Positions 55,691 through 64,000 of a DNA stretch of 64,000 nt are shown here, piece after piece. The DNA lies in contig CAVVXV010000012.1 in the NCBI GenBank assembly GCA_963752295.1, positions 57,608 through 121,607 of the forward strand. Direction: 5' to 3'. The DNA is from an uncultured beta proteobacterium (lineage in GTDB: Bacteria; Pseudomonadota; Gammaproteobacteria; Burkholderiales; Burkholderiaceae_C). Each line of letters starts with the position of its first letter. Positions within the stretch are counted from its first letter, which is position 1. Below the pieces are notes generated by a model. The model did no database searches. It was not told the DNA's origin and worked only from the letters and a program-made list of their open reading frames with translations. Position numbers and translations under genes: made by a program.

Positions 55691-56514
55691 CAATGGGTCG
55701 TCCCCAGGTAGGCGCGCACGACGTCGTCGTTGTTCTGGACTTCCGCCGGTGTGCCGTCGGCGATCTTGCGCCCGAAATCCAGCGCCACGACCTTGTCGGA
55801 AATGCGCATGACCATGTTCATGTGGTGCTCGACCAGCAGCATGGTGAGGTTCAACCGCTCGCGCAGCTTGCGCAGCAGTTCCATCAGGACGCCGACCTCT
55901 TCGTGGTTCAGGCCGCCCGCGGGCTCGTCGAGCAGCAGCAGCTTGGGCTGGCTGGCCAGCGCTCGCCCGAGCTCCACCCGCTTTTGCGTGCCGAAGGGCA
56001 GCGACGACACGGGTGTCTCGGCGACCGCCTCGAGTTCGAGCAGGTCGATGATCTGGTCGGCGTCGGCCGCGAGCATGGCTTCCTCGCGACGCACCCGCGG
56101 CAGGCGCAGCGCGCCGGCCAGGAAGCCGCTGCGTGCGCGGCAATGGCCTCCGACCATCACGTTCTGCCGCACCGTCATGCTGCGAAACAGCGCGAGGTTC
56201 TGGAAGGTGCGCCCGATGCCCAGGTGCGCGATGCCGTACGGCGGCGTCTCGACCAGCGGTCGGCCCTCGAAGCGGATGTCGCCGCTGTCGAAGCGGTAGA
56301 GCCTGGACAGGCAGTTGAACAGCGTGGTCTTGCCCGCGCCGTTCGGGCCGATCAAGCCGACGATGTGCCCCGCGGGCACCGTGAACGACACGCTGTCGAG
56401 CGCGACGATGCCCCCGAATCGCACTGTCACATCGGTGACAGTCAGCAGTGCGTCGGCGCCCGAGCCGGATGGGCCGTCCAGCCCACGCAGGTGGCGTTGC
56501 ACGGTGTGACGCAT
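55690..56514 (-). CDS. LivG-like ABC ATPase
   Basis: GPNGAGKTT, RTFQN, LLLDEPAGG and LVEHHM motifs. Confidence 0.93.
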   Translation of the reverse strand: MRHTVQRHLRGLDGPSGSGADALLTVTDVTVRFGGIVALDSVSFTVPAGHIVGLIGPNGAGKTTLFNCLSRLYRFDSGDIRFEGRPLVETPPYGIAHLGIGRTFQNLALFRSMTVRQNVMVGGHCRARSGFLAGALRLPRVRREEAMLAADADQIIDLLELEAVAETPVSSLPFGTQKRVELGRALASQPKLLLLDEPAGGLNHEEVGVLMELLRKLRERLNLTMLLVEHHMNMVMRISDKVVALDFGRKIADGTPAEVQNNDDVVRAYLGTTH

Positions 56515-56678
56515 GGGATGCGACCGTAACGTCTCATGCCGAAATTGAAATGGGTCATACCCTAAGAAGCCCCCTGCATGCGCGGCCCTCGCGGGTGCGG
56601 CGGCTCAGGAAAACCCGCATGGACCACGCCGGAACGAATCAGAAGATGCCGGATCATGTCGTTTCGCCGGGAGCCCGC

Positions 56679-58313
56679 ATGCGCAGCACGATGATGGATT
56701 CGCCGTTGTCGCTCAATCATCTGCTCGAGCGCGCGGGTCGGCTCTTCGGCGGCAATTCGATCGTCTCCAGGCTGCCCGACAAGTCGCTGCGCACGCACAG
56801 CTACGCGCAGTGGCACCGGCGCACGCGCTCGCTCGCCGCCGCACTGCGCCGGCTCGGCCTGCAGCCCGGCGAACGCGTGGCCACCCTGGCCTGGAACCAC
56901 CATGCGCACCTCGAGTGCTACTTCGGCATTCCGGCCGCCGGCGGCGTGATGCACACGCTGAATCTGCGCCTGTCGCCCGACGACCTCGGATGGATCGCTG
57001 CGCAGGCCGAAGACCGTTTCGTCGTCGTGGACGACGTGCTGCTGCCGCTGTATCGCCAGTTCGCCGACCGCCATCGCTTCGAGAAGGTGATCGTGTTTCC
57101 GTTCTCGGGCGCACCGGTCGAGGATCCGTTCGTCGACTACGAAAGCCTGCTTGCACAGTCGGAGTCGTCGGGCGACACCGAGCGATTCGAGTACGCGCCA
57201 CACGACGAGAACGACGCGGTGTCGATGTGCTACACCTCCGGCACCACGGGGCATGCGAAGGGCGTGGTCTATTCGCACCGCTCGACGATCCTGCACACGC
57301 TGGTGGGCTGCCTGGGCGACTACTGGGGCCTGAAGGGCACGGACGTCATCCTGCCGGTGACGCCCATGTTCCACGCGAACTGCTGGGGCGTGCCGTATGC
57401 GGCAGTGATGATGGGCGTCAAGCTCGTCTTCCCCGGCCCGCACCTCCACCCCGACGATCTGCTCGACCTGATGCAGGCCGAGCCGCCCACGCTCGCACTG
57501 GGCGTGCCCACCATCTGGATGGGCGTCATCCAGGCCTTCGAGCGCGCGCAGAAGGAGCAGCCCGGACGCTGGAAGCTCCCCTCGGGCATGCGCTCGCTGG
57601 TGGGAGGCGCGGCCGTGCCCGAGTCGCTGATCCGTGCGTTCTGGCGGCATGGCATCTGGCTGCTCCAGGGTTGGGGCATGACCGAGACCTCGCCGCTGGC
57701 CACGGTGTCGTACCCGCGCGCCGAGTTGAAGGATGCGCCGCAGGACGAGCGCTTCAGGCGCGCGGCCATGGCAGGCGTGCCGGTGCCGCTGGTGGACCTG
57801 CGCATCCGGGGCGACGACGGCGACGACGCTCCGCGCGACGGCAAGGCCATGGGCGAGATCCAGGTGCGCGGGCCATTCATCACCGGCTCGTACTACCTCG
57901 TGCCACCGACGAAGGACAAGTTCACCGACGACGGCTGGCTGCGCACGGGCGATGTCGCGACGATGGACGAACTCGCGTTCGTGCGCATCACCGACCGCAC
58001 GAAGGACTTGATCAAGTCCGGTGGCGAATGGATCTCGTCGGTGGACCTGGAGAACGCGCTGATGGCGTGCGACGGCATCGCCGAGGCGGCCGTGATCGCC
58101 ATCCCCGACGAAAAATGGAGCGAGCGGCCGCTGGCGTGCGTGGCCATGAAGCCGGGGTACACGGCCGACCCAGCGGCGCTGAACGCCCGATTGCTCGAGC
58201 ACGGATTCGCGAAATGGCAATTGCCCGAGCGCTACGAAGTCATCGACGCCATCCCGCGCACCTCGACGGGAAAGTTCTGGAAGGTCAAGCTGCGCGAGCG
58301 CTTTCCGCGCTGA
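56679..58313 (+). CDS. Medium/long-chain fatty-acid--CoA ligase (AlkK/DmdB-like)
   Basis: [31 protein letters not shown] and KSGGEWISS motifs. GGAG RBS. Confidence 0.92.
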   Translation: MRSTMMDSPLSLNHLLERAGRLFGGNSIVSRLPDKSLRTHSYAQWHRRTRSLAAALRRLGLQPGERVATLAWNHHAHLECYFGIPAAGGVMHTLNLRLSPDDLGWIAAQAEDRFVVVDDVLLPLYRQFADRHRFEKVIVFPFSGAPVEDPFVDYESLLAQSESSGDTERFEYAPHDENDAVSMCYTSGTTGHAKGVVYSHRSTILHTLVGCLGDYWGLKGTDVILPVTPMFHANCWGVPYAAVMMGVKLVFPGPHLHPDDLLDLMQAEPPTLALGVPTIWMGVIQAFERAQKEQPGRWKLPSGMRSLVGGAAVPESLIRAFWRHGIWLLQGWGMTETSPLATVSYPRAELKDAPQDERFRRAAMAGVPVPLVDLRIRGDDGDDAPRDGKAMGEIQVRGPFITGSYYLVPPTKDKFTDDGWLRTGDVATMDELAFVRITDRTKDLIKSGGEWISSVDLENALMACDGIAEAAVIAIPDEKWSERPLACVAMKPGYTADPAALNARLLEHGFAKWQLPERYEVIDAIPRTSTGKFWKVKLRERFPR

Positions 58314-58320
58314 AGCGGGC

Positions 58321-58914
58321 TCAGTTCGGCGTCATCAGGACCTTGCCGTCGACGAACACGGCGCCCTTGCCGCCGCCCTCGCTGATCATGCCGATGCCCG
58401 TGCGCGAGTTGCTGCAATTGAACTGGCCATTGCCGTAGTTGTCGCAGCGCGTGCTCGAACCGCCGCCTCCCCCGCCGCGTGCGCCGCACAGCGCCGCCAG
58501 GTTGAAGCTCGGCGGCATGTGCTCGTAGCCTCCGACCCCGTTGGCCAGCACCCAGTAGCGTCCGGCGTACACCGGCGTGCAGCGCTGCAGGGCCGCCACG
58601 TCGAGCGCATGGAGTTCGCGGCCGTTGACGACCACGCCGGTGTGGCCGCTCGACGCATCGCGACGCAGCGGGCCGCCCAGGCGCAGGCCCGGGTGGATCT
58701 GCCCGGCGGCGGGGCCGCCTTCACGACCCCAGACGCCCGATACCGTGTCGTACCAGTACCGTCCCGGGACGATCGGCACGCGGTATGCGCGCTCCAGCGA
58801 AGCGCGCGTGGCGTTGTCCAGGGGCTTGCCGTTGACGACGACATCGTTGGCGACGGCCGTCCAGGCGGCCAAGGCCAGGCCGCAGCCCAGCACGAGTCGG
58901 TTGAGGTTTCGCAT
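58321..58914 (-). CDS. Secreted hypothetical protein with duplicated VVVNG..L / GRYW motifs (XLG/EDR4-like domain suspected)
   Basis: AAGGAG RBS, Sec signal peptide, internal repeats, poly-Gly linker and Cys-containing C-terminus. Confidence 0.8.
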   Translation of the reverse strand: MRNLNRLVLGCGLALAAWTAVANDVVVNGKPLDNATRASLERAYRVPIVPGRYWYDTVSGVWGREGGPAAGQIHPGLRLGGPLRRDASSGHTGVVVNGRELHALDVAALQRCTPVYAGRYWVLANGVGGYEHMPPSFNLAALCGARGGGGGGSSTRCDNYGNGQFNCSNSRTGIGMISEGGGKGAVFVDGKVLMTPN

Positions 58915-58990
58915 GTGAAGACTCCTTTTGCGGACCCGTCGTGGCAGGTGGGTTGCGCCTTGAGTGCCAAGAGTTCACGTGAACTGGGCC

Positions 58991-59062
58991 TGCCTGTGCA
59001 CGTGCCTATGCACCTGCCTATGCACCTGCCTATGCACCTGCCTTTGCGCCTGCCCGTGCGTC
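58991..59062. repeat. 12-bp tandem repeat (TGCCTATGCACC)x6, degenerate at the ends
   Basis: Units at 58991, 59003, 59015, 59027, 59039 and 59051; the three at 59003-59038 are identical. Confidence 0.92.
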
Positions 59063-59296
59063 TCCACTGCCGTTGGCGCCGCCATTCCTGCCGCTGGCGC
59101 ATCGTGCAGGCGACTCGTCGCGCGACTGGGGACAGCGGTCCCGCGCCATGGGCATGATGGCGTCGAACTGCCCGCTGTGCCGACACTGCATCCACCCATG
59201 CCTACACCATGCCTGCATCGTCCATGTCGCTCCATGCCTGCGGCCTCCTGTGCACTTGTATGATCCGCGCGCCATATCGATCCGGAAGGTTTCCAG

Positions 59297-60544
59297 GTGC
59301 CTGAAGGCAGTGCCGAGTTGCTGAACAAGCTGCACATCGACCGCGACCAGCGCGAAAGCGACGGCGGCGGTCCACCGCGCTGGGCGTGGGGCTTGCTGGC
59401 CGCCGTGCTGCTCGTCGCGGCGCTCGGCGGCGCAGCCTGGTGGTTCCTCTTCGGGCGACCCGTCGCGGTGCACACCGCCGAGGCGCAGGCGCCGCGCGCG
59501 GGGGCGTCCGCGCTCGCCGTGCTGCAGGCCACCGGCTACGTGACCGCGCGTCGGCAGGCCACCGTCTCCACGCAGATCACCGGCACGCTCACGCAGGTGC
59601 TGATCGAGGAAGGCGACCACGTGAAGCAGGGCCAGGTGCTGGCGCGCCTCGAAGACAGCGCACTGGGCGCCACGTTGAACGCCGCGAAGGCCAACGTCGA
59701 GGCCGCGCAGGCCCAGGTGGCGCAGGCTCAGGCGCAACTCGCCCAGGCGCAGGCCGACGCACGGCGCCAGGACGAGCTCGCGGCCAGCGGCATGGTGTCC
59801 AGGCAGGCGGCCGAGACGGCGCAAACGGCCGTGGCCACCTCCGCTGCCGTGCTCAACACTCGCCGCCGCGAAGTCGACGCCGCCCGCGCGCAGCTCGCGC
59901 AGGCCAAGGTCAATTTCGACTACACCGTCGTCCGCGCCCCCTTCGCCGGCGTGGTCACGCAGAAGGCCGCGCAGGTCGGCGAGATCGTCTCGCCGCTGTC
60001 GGCGGGCGGCGGCTTCACGCGCACCGGCGTGGGCACCATCGTCGACATGGACTCGCTCGAAGTGGATGTGGACGTGAACGAGGCCTACATCGGCCAGGTC
60101 TCTCCCGACATGCCCGCCGAGGCCGTACTCGACGCCTATCCCGACTGGAAGATCCCGGCGCACGTGATCGCCATCGTGCCGGCCGCCGACCGCGGCAAGG
60201 CCACGGTGAAGGTGCGCGTGGGACTGGAAAAGAAGGACGGGCGCCTCGTGCCCGACATGGGCGTGCGGGTGTCGTTTCTCGGCCAGCGGCAGCGGGCGTC
60301 CGCATCGCCGCCCCAGGGCGTCCTGGTGCCGGCACAGGCCCTGGCCGAGCGAGGCGGACAGCCGGTCGTGTTCGTCGTCGAGGATGGCCGAGCCGTTCAA
60401 CGACGCGTCACGGCCGCCGCGCAGGATATCGGCGCGATGAAACTGCTGCCGCAGGGCGTGAAGGCCGGCGAGCGCGTCGTGCTTTCGCCGCCGGCCGGGC
60501 TGCAGGACGGCGCGGCCGTTCGCATCGAGGAAGAGGCGCACTGA
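59297..60544 (+). CDS. Periplasmic adaptor (membrane fusion protein) of an ABC exporter
   Basis: N-terminal TM, EEGDHVKQGQVLARL lipoyl-like motif, coiled coil and VRAPFAGVV. Confidence 0.92.
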   Translation: MPEGSAELLNKLHIDRDQRESDGGGPPRWAWGLLAAVLLVAALGGAAWWFLFGRPVAVHTAEAQAPRAGASALAVLQATGYVTARRQATVSTQITGTLTQVLIEEGDHVKQGQVLARLEDSALGATLNAAKANVEAAQAQVAQAQAQLAQAQADARRQDELAASGMVSRQAAETAQTAVATSAAVLNTRRREVDAARAQLAQAKVNFDYTVVRAPFAGVVTQKAAQVGEIVSPLSAGGGFTRTGVGTIVDMDSLEVDVDVNEAYIGQVSPDMPAEAVLDAYPDWKIPAHVIAIVPAADRGKATVKVRVGLEKKDGRLVPDMGVRVSFLGQRQRASASPPQGVLVPAQALAERGGQPVVFVVEDGRAVQRRVTAAAQDIGAMKLLPQGVKAGERVVLSPPAGLQDGAAVRIEEEAH

Positions 60545-60602
60545 GTCCACCCGACACGGTGCGCCGCATGGACACACTGCCACATCCAGGAGAGTGCAAC
60601 AC

Positions 60603-61298
60603 ATGGGCAAACTCATCGAGATCCGCGACCTGTCGAAGGTCTACGTGCGCGGCAAGCAGAAGGTGGAGGTCCTCCACCACATCCAGCTCGATGTCGAGCA
60701 GGGCGACTTCCTTGCGCTGATGGGACCCTCCGGTTCGGGCAAGACCACGCTGCTGAACCTCATCGGCGGGCTGGACACGCCCACGGGCGGCACCATCAGC
60801 GTGGGCGGCCAGCGCATCGACCAGCTCAAGTCGGGACCGCTCGCCAGGTGGCGCGCGTCCAACGTGGGCTTCGTGTTCCAGTTCTACAACCTGATGCCGA
60901 TGCTCTCCGCGCAGCGCAATGTGGAGCTGCCGCTGCTGCTGACGAAGCTGTCGGCATCCGAGCGGCGCAAGCGAGCGTCCATTGCGTTGCAGCTCGTGGG
61001 CCTGGCAGACCGCGCCACCCACAAGCCCACCGAGTTGTCGGGCGGACAGCAGCAGCGCGTGTCGATTGCGCGCGCCATCGTCTCCGATCCGGCGCTGCTG
61101 GTGTGCGACGAGCCCACCGGTGACCTCGACCGGCAGTCGGCCGAGGAAGTGCTGGGCCTGCTGCGCATCCTGAATCGCGAACACGGCAAGACCGTGCTCA
61201 TGGTCACGCACGACCCCAAGGCGGCCGGCTACGCGAACCACATCCTGCACCTGGACAAGGGCACGCTCGTCGAGCAGGCCGCCGTTGTCGCCGCCTGA
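60603..61298 (+). CDS. ABC transporter ATP-binding protein (LolD/MacB-type)
   Basis: [35 protein letters not shown] and VTHD motifs. Confidence 0.95.
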   Translation: MGKLIEIRDLSKVYVRGKQKVEVLHHIQLDVEQGDFLALMGPSGSGKTTLLNLIGGLDTPTGGTISVGGQRIDQLKSGPLARWRASNVGFVFQFYNLMPMLSAQRNVELPLLLTKLSASERRKRASIALQLVGLADRATHKPTELSGGQQQRVSIARAIVSDPALLVCDEPTGDLDRQSAEEVLGLLRILNREHGKTVLMVTHDPKAAGYANHILHLDKGTLVEQAAVVAA

Positions 61299-61309
61299 GG
61301 AGACTCGCG

Positions 61310-62476
61310 ATGAAATATCTCCATCTGATATGGGCCTCGCTGTTCCGGCGCAAGACGCGCACGCTCCTCACGCTGGTGTCGATCATTGCGGCCTTCCTGC
61401 TGTTCGGGCTGCTCGACGCCGTGCGCACCTCGTTCAACCAGGCCGGCCAGAGCGCCAACGGCGCCGAGCGACTGCAAACGGGGTCCAAGCTGTCGTTCAT
61501 CCAGACGCTGCCCAAGTCGCTCGAGTCGCAGATCGCCCAGGTGCCCGGCGTGAAGGCCGTGACCTACGCCAACTGGTTCGGCGGCGCCTACCAGGACCCG
61601 CACAACCAGGTGTTCAGCTTCGCGGTCGCGCCCAACTACCTCGACCTCTATCCCGAAGTGGAAGTCACCGCGGCCGCACGCCAGGCGTTCGATCAGACCC
61701 GCACCGGCGCGCTCGTGGGCGAGACGCTGGCGCAGCGCTTCCACTGGAAGGTGGGCGACCACGTGCCCCTGCAGTCGACCATCTTCCCGGACCGGCAGGG
61801 CAGCAAGAACTGGGCGTTCGACATCGTGGGCATCCTGCACGCGAAGGACAAGAAATCCGGCGGCTTCTTCGACCAGATGTTCCTGCTGCACTGGAAGACC
61901 TTCGACGAGACGACGCCGTACAACCAGGGCCAGGTCGGCTGGTACGTCACGCGCGTGACCGACGTGAACCAGGCCGATCGCGTGGCACACGCGATCGATG
62001 CGCTGTCGGCCAATTCCGATCACGAGACGCGCACGCAGACCGAGCAGGCGGCGACCGCATCGTGGATGAAGCAACTGGCCGACATCGGCCTGATCGTCGG
62101 CTCGATCATGGGCGCGGTCTTCTTCACGCTGCTGCTGCTGTCGGGCAACACGATGATGCAGGCGGTGCGCGAGCGAACGAGCGAACTCGCCGTGCTCAAG
62201 ACGATCGGCTTTTCCGATGGCGCCGTGCTCGCCATGGTGCTGGCCGAATCGGTGCTGCTCCTCGTGATCGGCGGGCTGGCCGGGCTGGGGCTGGCCACCG
62301 CCGTCATTCCGGTCATCAGTGCCGGCAGCGGCGGCATGCTGAACCTGCCGGTGGTCGGCGCGGACAGCTGGGCCCTGGGCCTCGGGCTGATGGTGCTCAT
62401 CGGCGTGCTGGTGGGCGCCCTTCCTGCGGCCAGCGCGATGCGGCTGAACATCGTCGACGCGCTGGCCGGTCGCTGA
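61310..62476 (+). CDS. MacB/FtsX-like ABC permease
   Basis: RRKTRTLLT, a large periplasmic domain and VRERTSELAVLKTIGF. GAGGAG RBS. Confidence 0.92.
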   Translation: MKYLHLIWASLFRRKTRTLLTLVSIIAAFLLFGLLDAVRTSFNQAGQSANGAERLQTGSKLSFIQTLPKSLESQIAQVPGVKAVTYANWFGGAYQDPHNQVFSFAVAPNYLDLYPEVEVTAAARQAFDQTRTGALVGETLAQRFHWKVGDHVPLQSTIFPDRQGSKNWAFDIVGILHAKDKKSGGFFDQMFLLHWKTFDETTPYNQGQVGWYVTRVTDVNQADRVAHAIDALSANSDHETRTQTEQAATASWMKQLADIGLIVGSIMGAVFFTLLLLSGNTMMQAVRERTSELAVLKTIGFSDGAVLAMVLAESVLLLVIGGLAGLGLATAVIPVISAGSGGMLNLPVVGADSWALGLGLMVLIGVLVGALPAASAMRLNIVDALAGR

Positions 62477-62486
62477 GGAGGACACG

Positions 62487-63803
62487 ATGGCATTCCTGAG
62501 AAACCTCGGCCTGCTGGTCCTGCTGGGCGCGGTGCTGGCCGTGTGGGTGATGCTGCCGTGGCCGGCCGCGGTGCTGCTGGCGGCGTTGCTGGCGGCATGG
62601 CTCGCGCTCACGCGGCGCGGGCGTCAGGCCAGCTCCGTGGCCAGCGTGGGCATCAGCACGCTCGGGCAGCGGCTGGGTTCGTCGGCCGTGATCGTGGTGG
62701 GCATTGCCGGCGTCGTGGGCGTGCTGGTGGCGCTGCTGGCCATGGCCGAAGGCTACAGCCAGACGCTGCGCAAGACCGGCAGCGCCGACACCGCCATCGT
62801 GATGCGCGGCGCGTCGGCGTCGGAGGTCATGTCGGTGCTGGATCGCAACAGCGTCACGCTGATCGCGCAGGCGCCGGGCATCGCGCACGATGCCAAAGGC
62901 GAGCCCGTCGCCTCGCCCGAGATGGTCGTGGCGGCCAACCTGCCGATCAAGAACGGCGGCCCCGACGAGGAAGGCAGCGTGCAGTTGCGCGGCGTCGGCG
63001 AATCGGCCTGGGCCGTCCGGCCCCAGGTCAGGATCGTGGCAGGCCGCCGCTTCACGCCGGGCCTGCGCGAACTGATCGCCGGACGCGGGGCCGCGCGGCA
63101 GTTCGCCGGGCTGGTGCCGGGGCACGACGTGAAGCTCGGCAACCAGGTCTGGACCGTCACCGGCGTGTTCGCCTCGGGCGACGCGATGGAATCGGAGATC
63201 TGGGCCGATGCCAATGTCGTCGCCGACACATACCGGCGGGGCAGCAGCCGCGCGTCGGTCACCGTGCGGCTCGCCGATCCACAGGCGTTCAAGAGCTTCA
63301 AGACCTCGCTCGAATCCGACCCTCAGCTCAAGGTCGATGCGAGCACCACGGTCGACTATTTCAACAAGCAGTCCGAAGGCATGACCAAGGTGATCCGCAT
63401 CATCGGCATCACCGTGGGCATCATCATGGCCATCGGCGCGATGTTCGGTGCCCTGAACACCATGTTCGCGGCGGTCGCATCGCGATCGAGGGAGATTGCC
63501 ACGCTGCGTGCGATCGGCTTTCCCGGCCTGCCGGTGGTGGTGGCGGTGATGCTGGAGACGATGCTGCTGGCACTCATCGGGGGGCTGGTCGGCGGCGCAC
63601 TCGCCTGGGCGATCTTCAACGGCTATTCGGCATCGACCTTGGCCGCGGGAACGGTGGGACAGCTGAGCTTCGAGTTGCAGGTGACGCCGCAACTGCTCTG
63701 GACGGGGCTCAAGTGGGCGCTGGCCATCGGCTTCATCGGTGGGCTGTTCCCCGCCGTGAGGGCCGCGCGCCTGCCGGTGACGACGGCACTGCGGGAGCAA
63801 TGA
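62487..63803 (+). CDS. MacB/FtsX-like ABC permease
   Basis: RSREIATLRAIGF and PAVRAARL motifs. GAGGAGG RBS. Confidence 0.92.
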   Translation: MAFLRNLGLLVLLGAVLAVWVMLPWPAAVLLAALLAAWLALTRRGRQASSVASVGISTLGQRLGSSAVIVVGIAGVVGVLVALLAMAEGYSQTLRKTGSADTAIVMRGASASEVMSVLDRNSVTLIAQAPGIAHDAKGEPVASPEMVVAANLPIKNGGPDEEGSVQLRGVGESAWAVRPQVRIVAGRRFTPGLRELIAGRGAARQFAGLVPGHDVKLGNQVWTVTGVFASGDAMESEIWADANVVADTYRRGSSRASVTVRLADPQAFKSFKTSLESDPQLKVDASTTVDYFNKQSEGMTKVIRIIGITVGIIMAIGAMFGALNTMFAAVASRSREIATLRAIGFPGLPVVVAVMLETMLLALIGGLVGGALAWAIFNGYSASTLAAGTVGQLSFELQVTPQLLWTGLKWALAIGFIGGLFPAVRAARLPVTTALREQ

Positions 63804-63865
63804 CGGGGCAATGACGCCGAACGAGAATCGTTCAGCGCGCCCGGGTCGGCACCCGGCCTGACGGT

Positions 63866-63958
63866 CGCTCCACGAGGCGTCTCGGCGCGTGCCGGCCGCT
63901 CCACGAGGCGTCTCGGCGCGTGCCGGCCGCTCCACGAGGCGTCTCGGCAGGTGCCGGC
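63866..63958. repeat. 31-bp tandem repeat x3 (CGCTCCACGAGGCGTCTCGGCGCGTGCCGGC)
   Basis: Two identical copies and a third with 2 substitutions, head-to-tail with no spacers. Confidence 0.93.
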
Positions 63959-64000
63959 CGCCCCGCTGCGGGCGCTCCCAGTGAGGGTCGCTCCCACTGC

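Noticed and set aside
63866-63958. Possible CRISPR array (31-bp repeats)
   Set aside because: The repeats are contiguous with no spacers, and no cas genes are in the window.

Overview
A high-GC chromosomal window from a betaproteobacterium; gene content and order suggest Burkholderiales. It holds about 58 CDSs and one RNA gene (RNase P RNA, rnpB). I saw no tRNA, rRNA, IS element, prophage or CRISPR array. Core blocks are pyrC-DUF3025-rnpB, atm1-LysR, a FadP-regulated beta-oxidation operon with its operator, prpB, yeiH/LysR, a Liv-type ABC importer with two +1 frameshifts facing an acyl-CoA ligase, and a MacAB-like ABC exporter. Five regions stand out. (1) An asnB-ACP-adenylation enzyme-NadE-like-methyltransferase-acetyltransferase-SGNH lipoprotein cassette. 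(2) A stand-alone 2002-aa protein with two lipase-like hydrolase domains, a caspase-like CHAT protease and a helical C-terminus, with Arg-Gly motifs in its linkers. (3) An N-acyl amino acid synthase/ThiF/nitroreductase operon resembling a split oxazolone (OxzAB) pathway, directly upstream of a PEP-CTERM surface protein with a sigma-54-like promoter. (4) A secreted protein whose motifs match my recollection of the plant XLG/EDR4 domain. (5) A membrane-tethered alpha-carbonic anhydrase on a repeat stalk. All calls come from reading motifs by eye; no searches were run.
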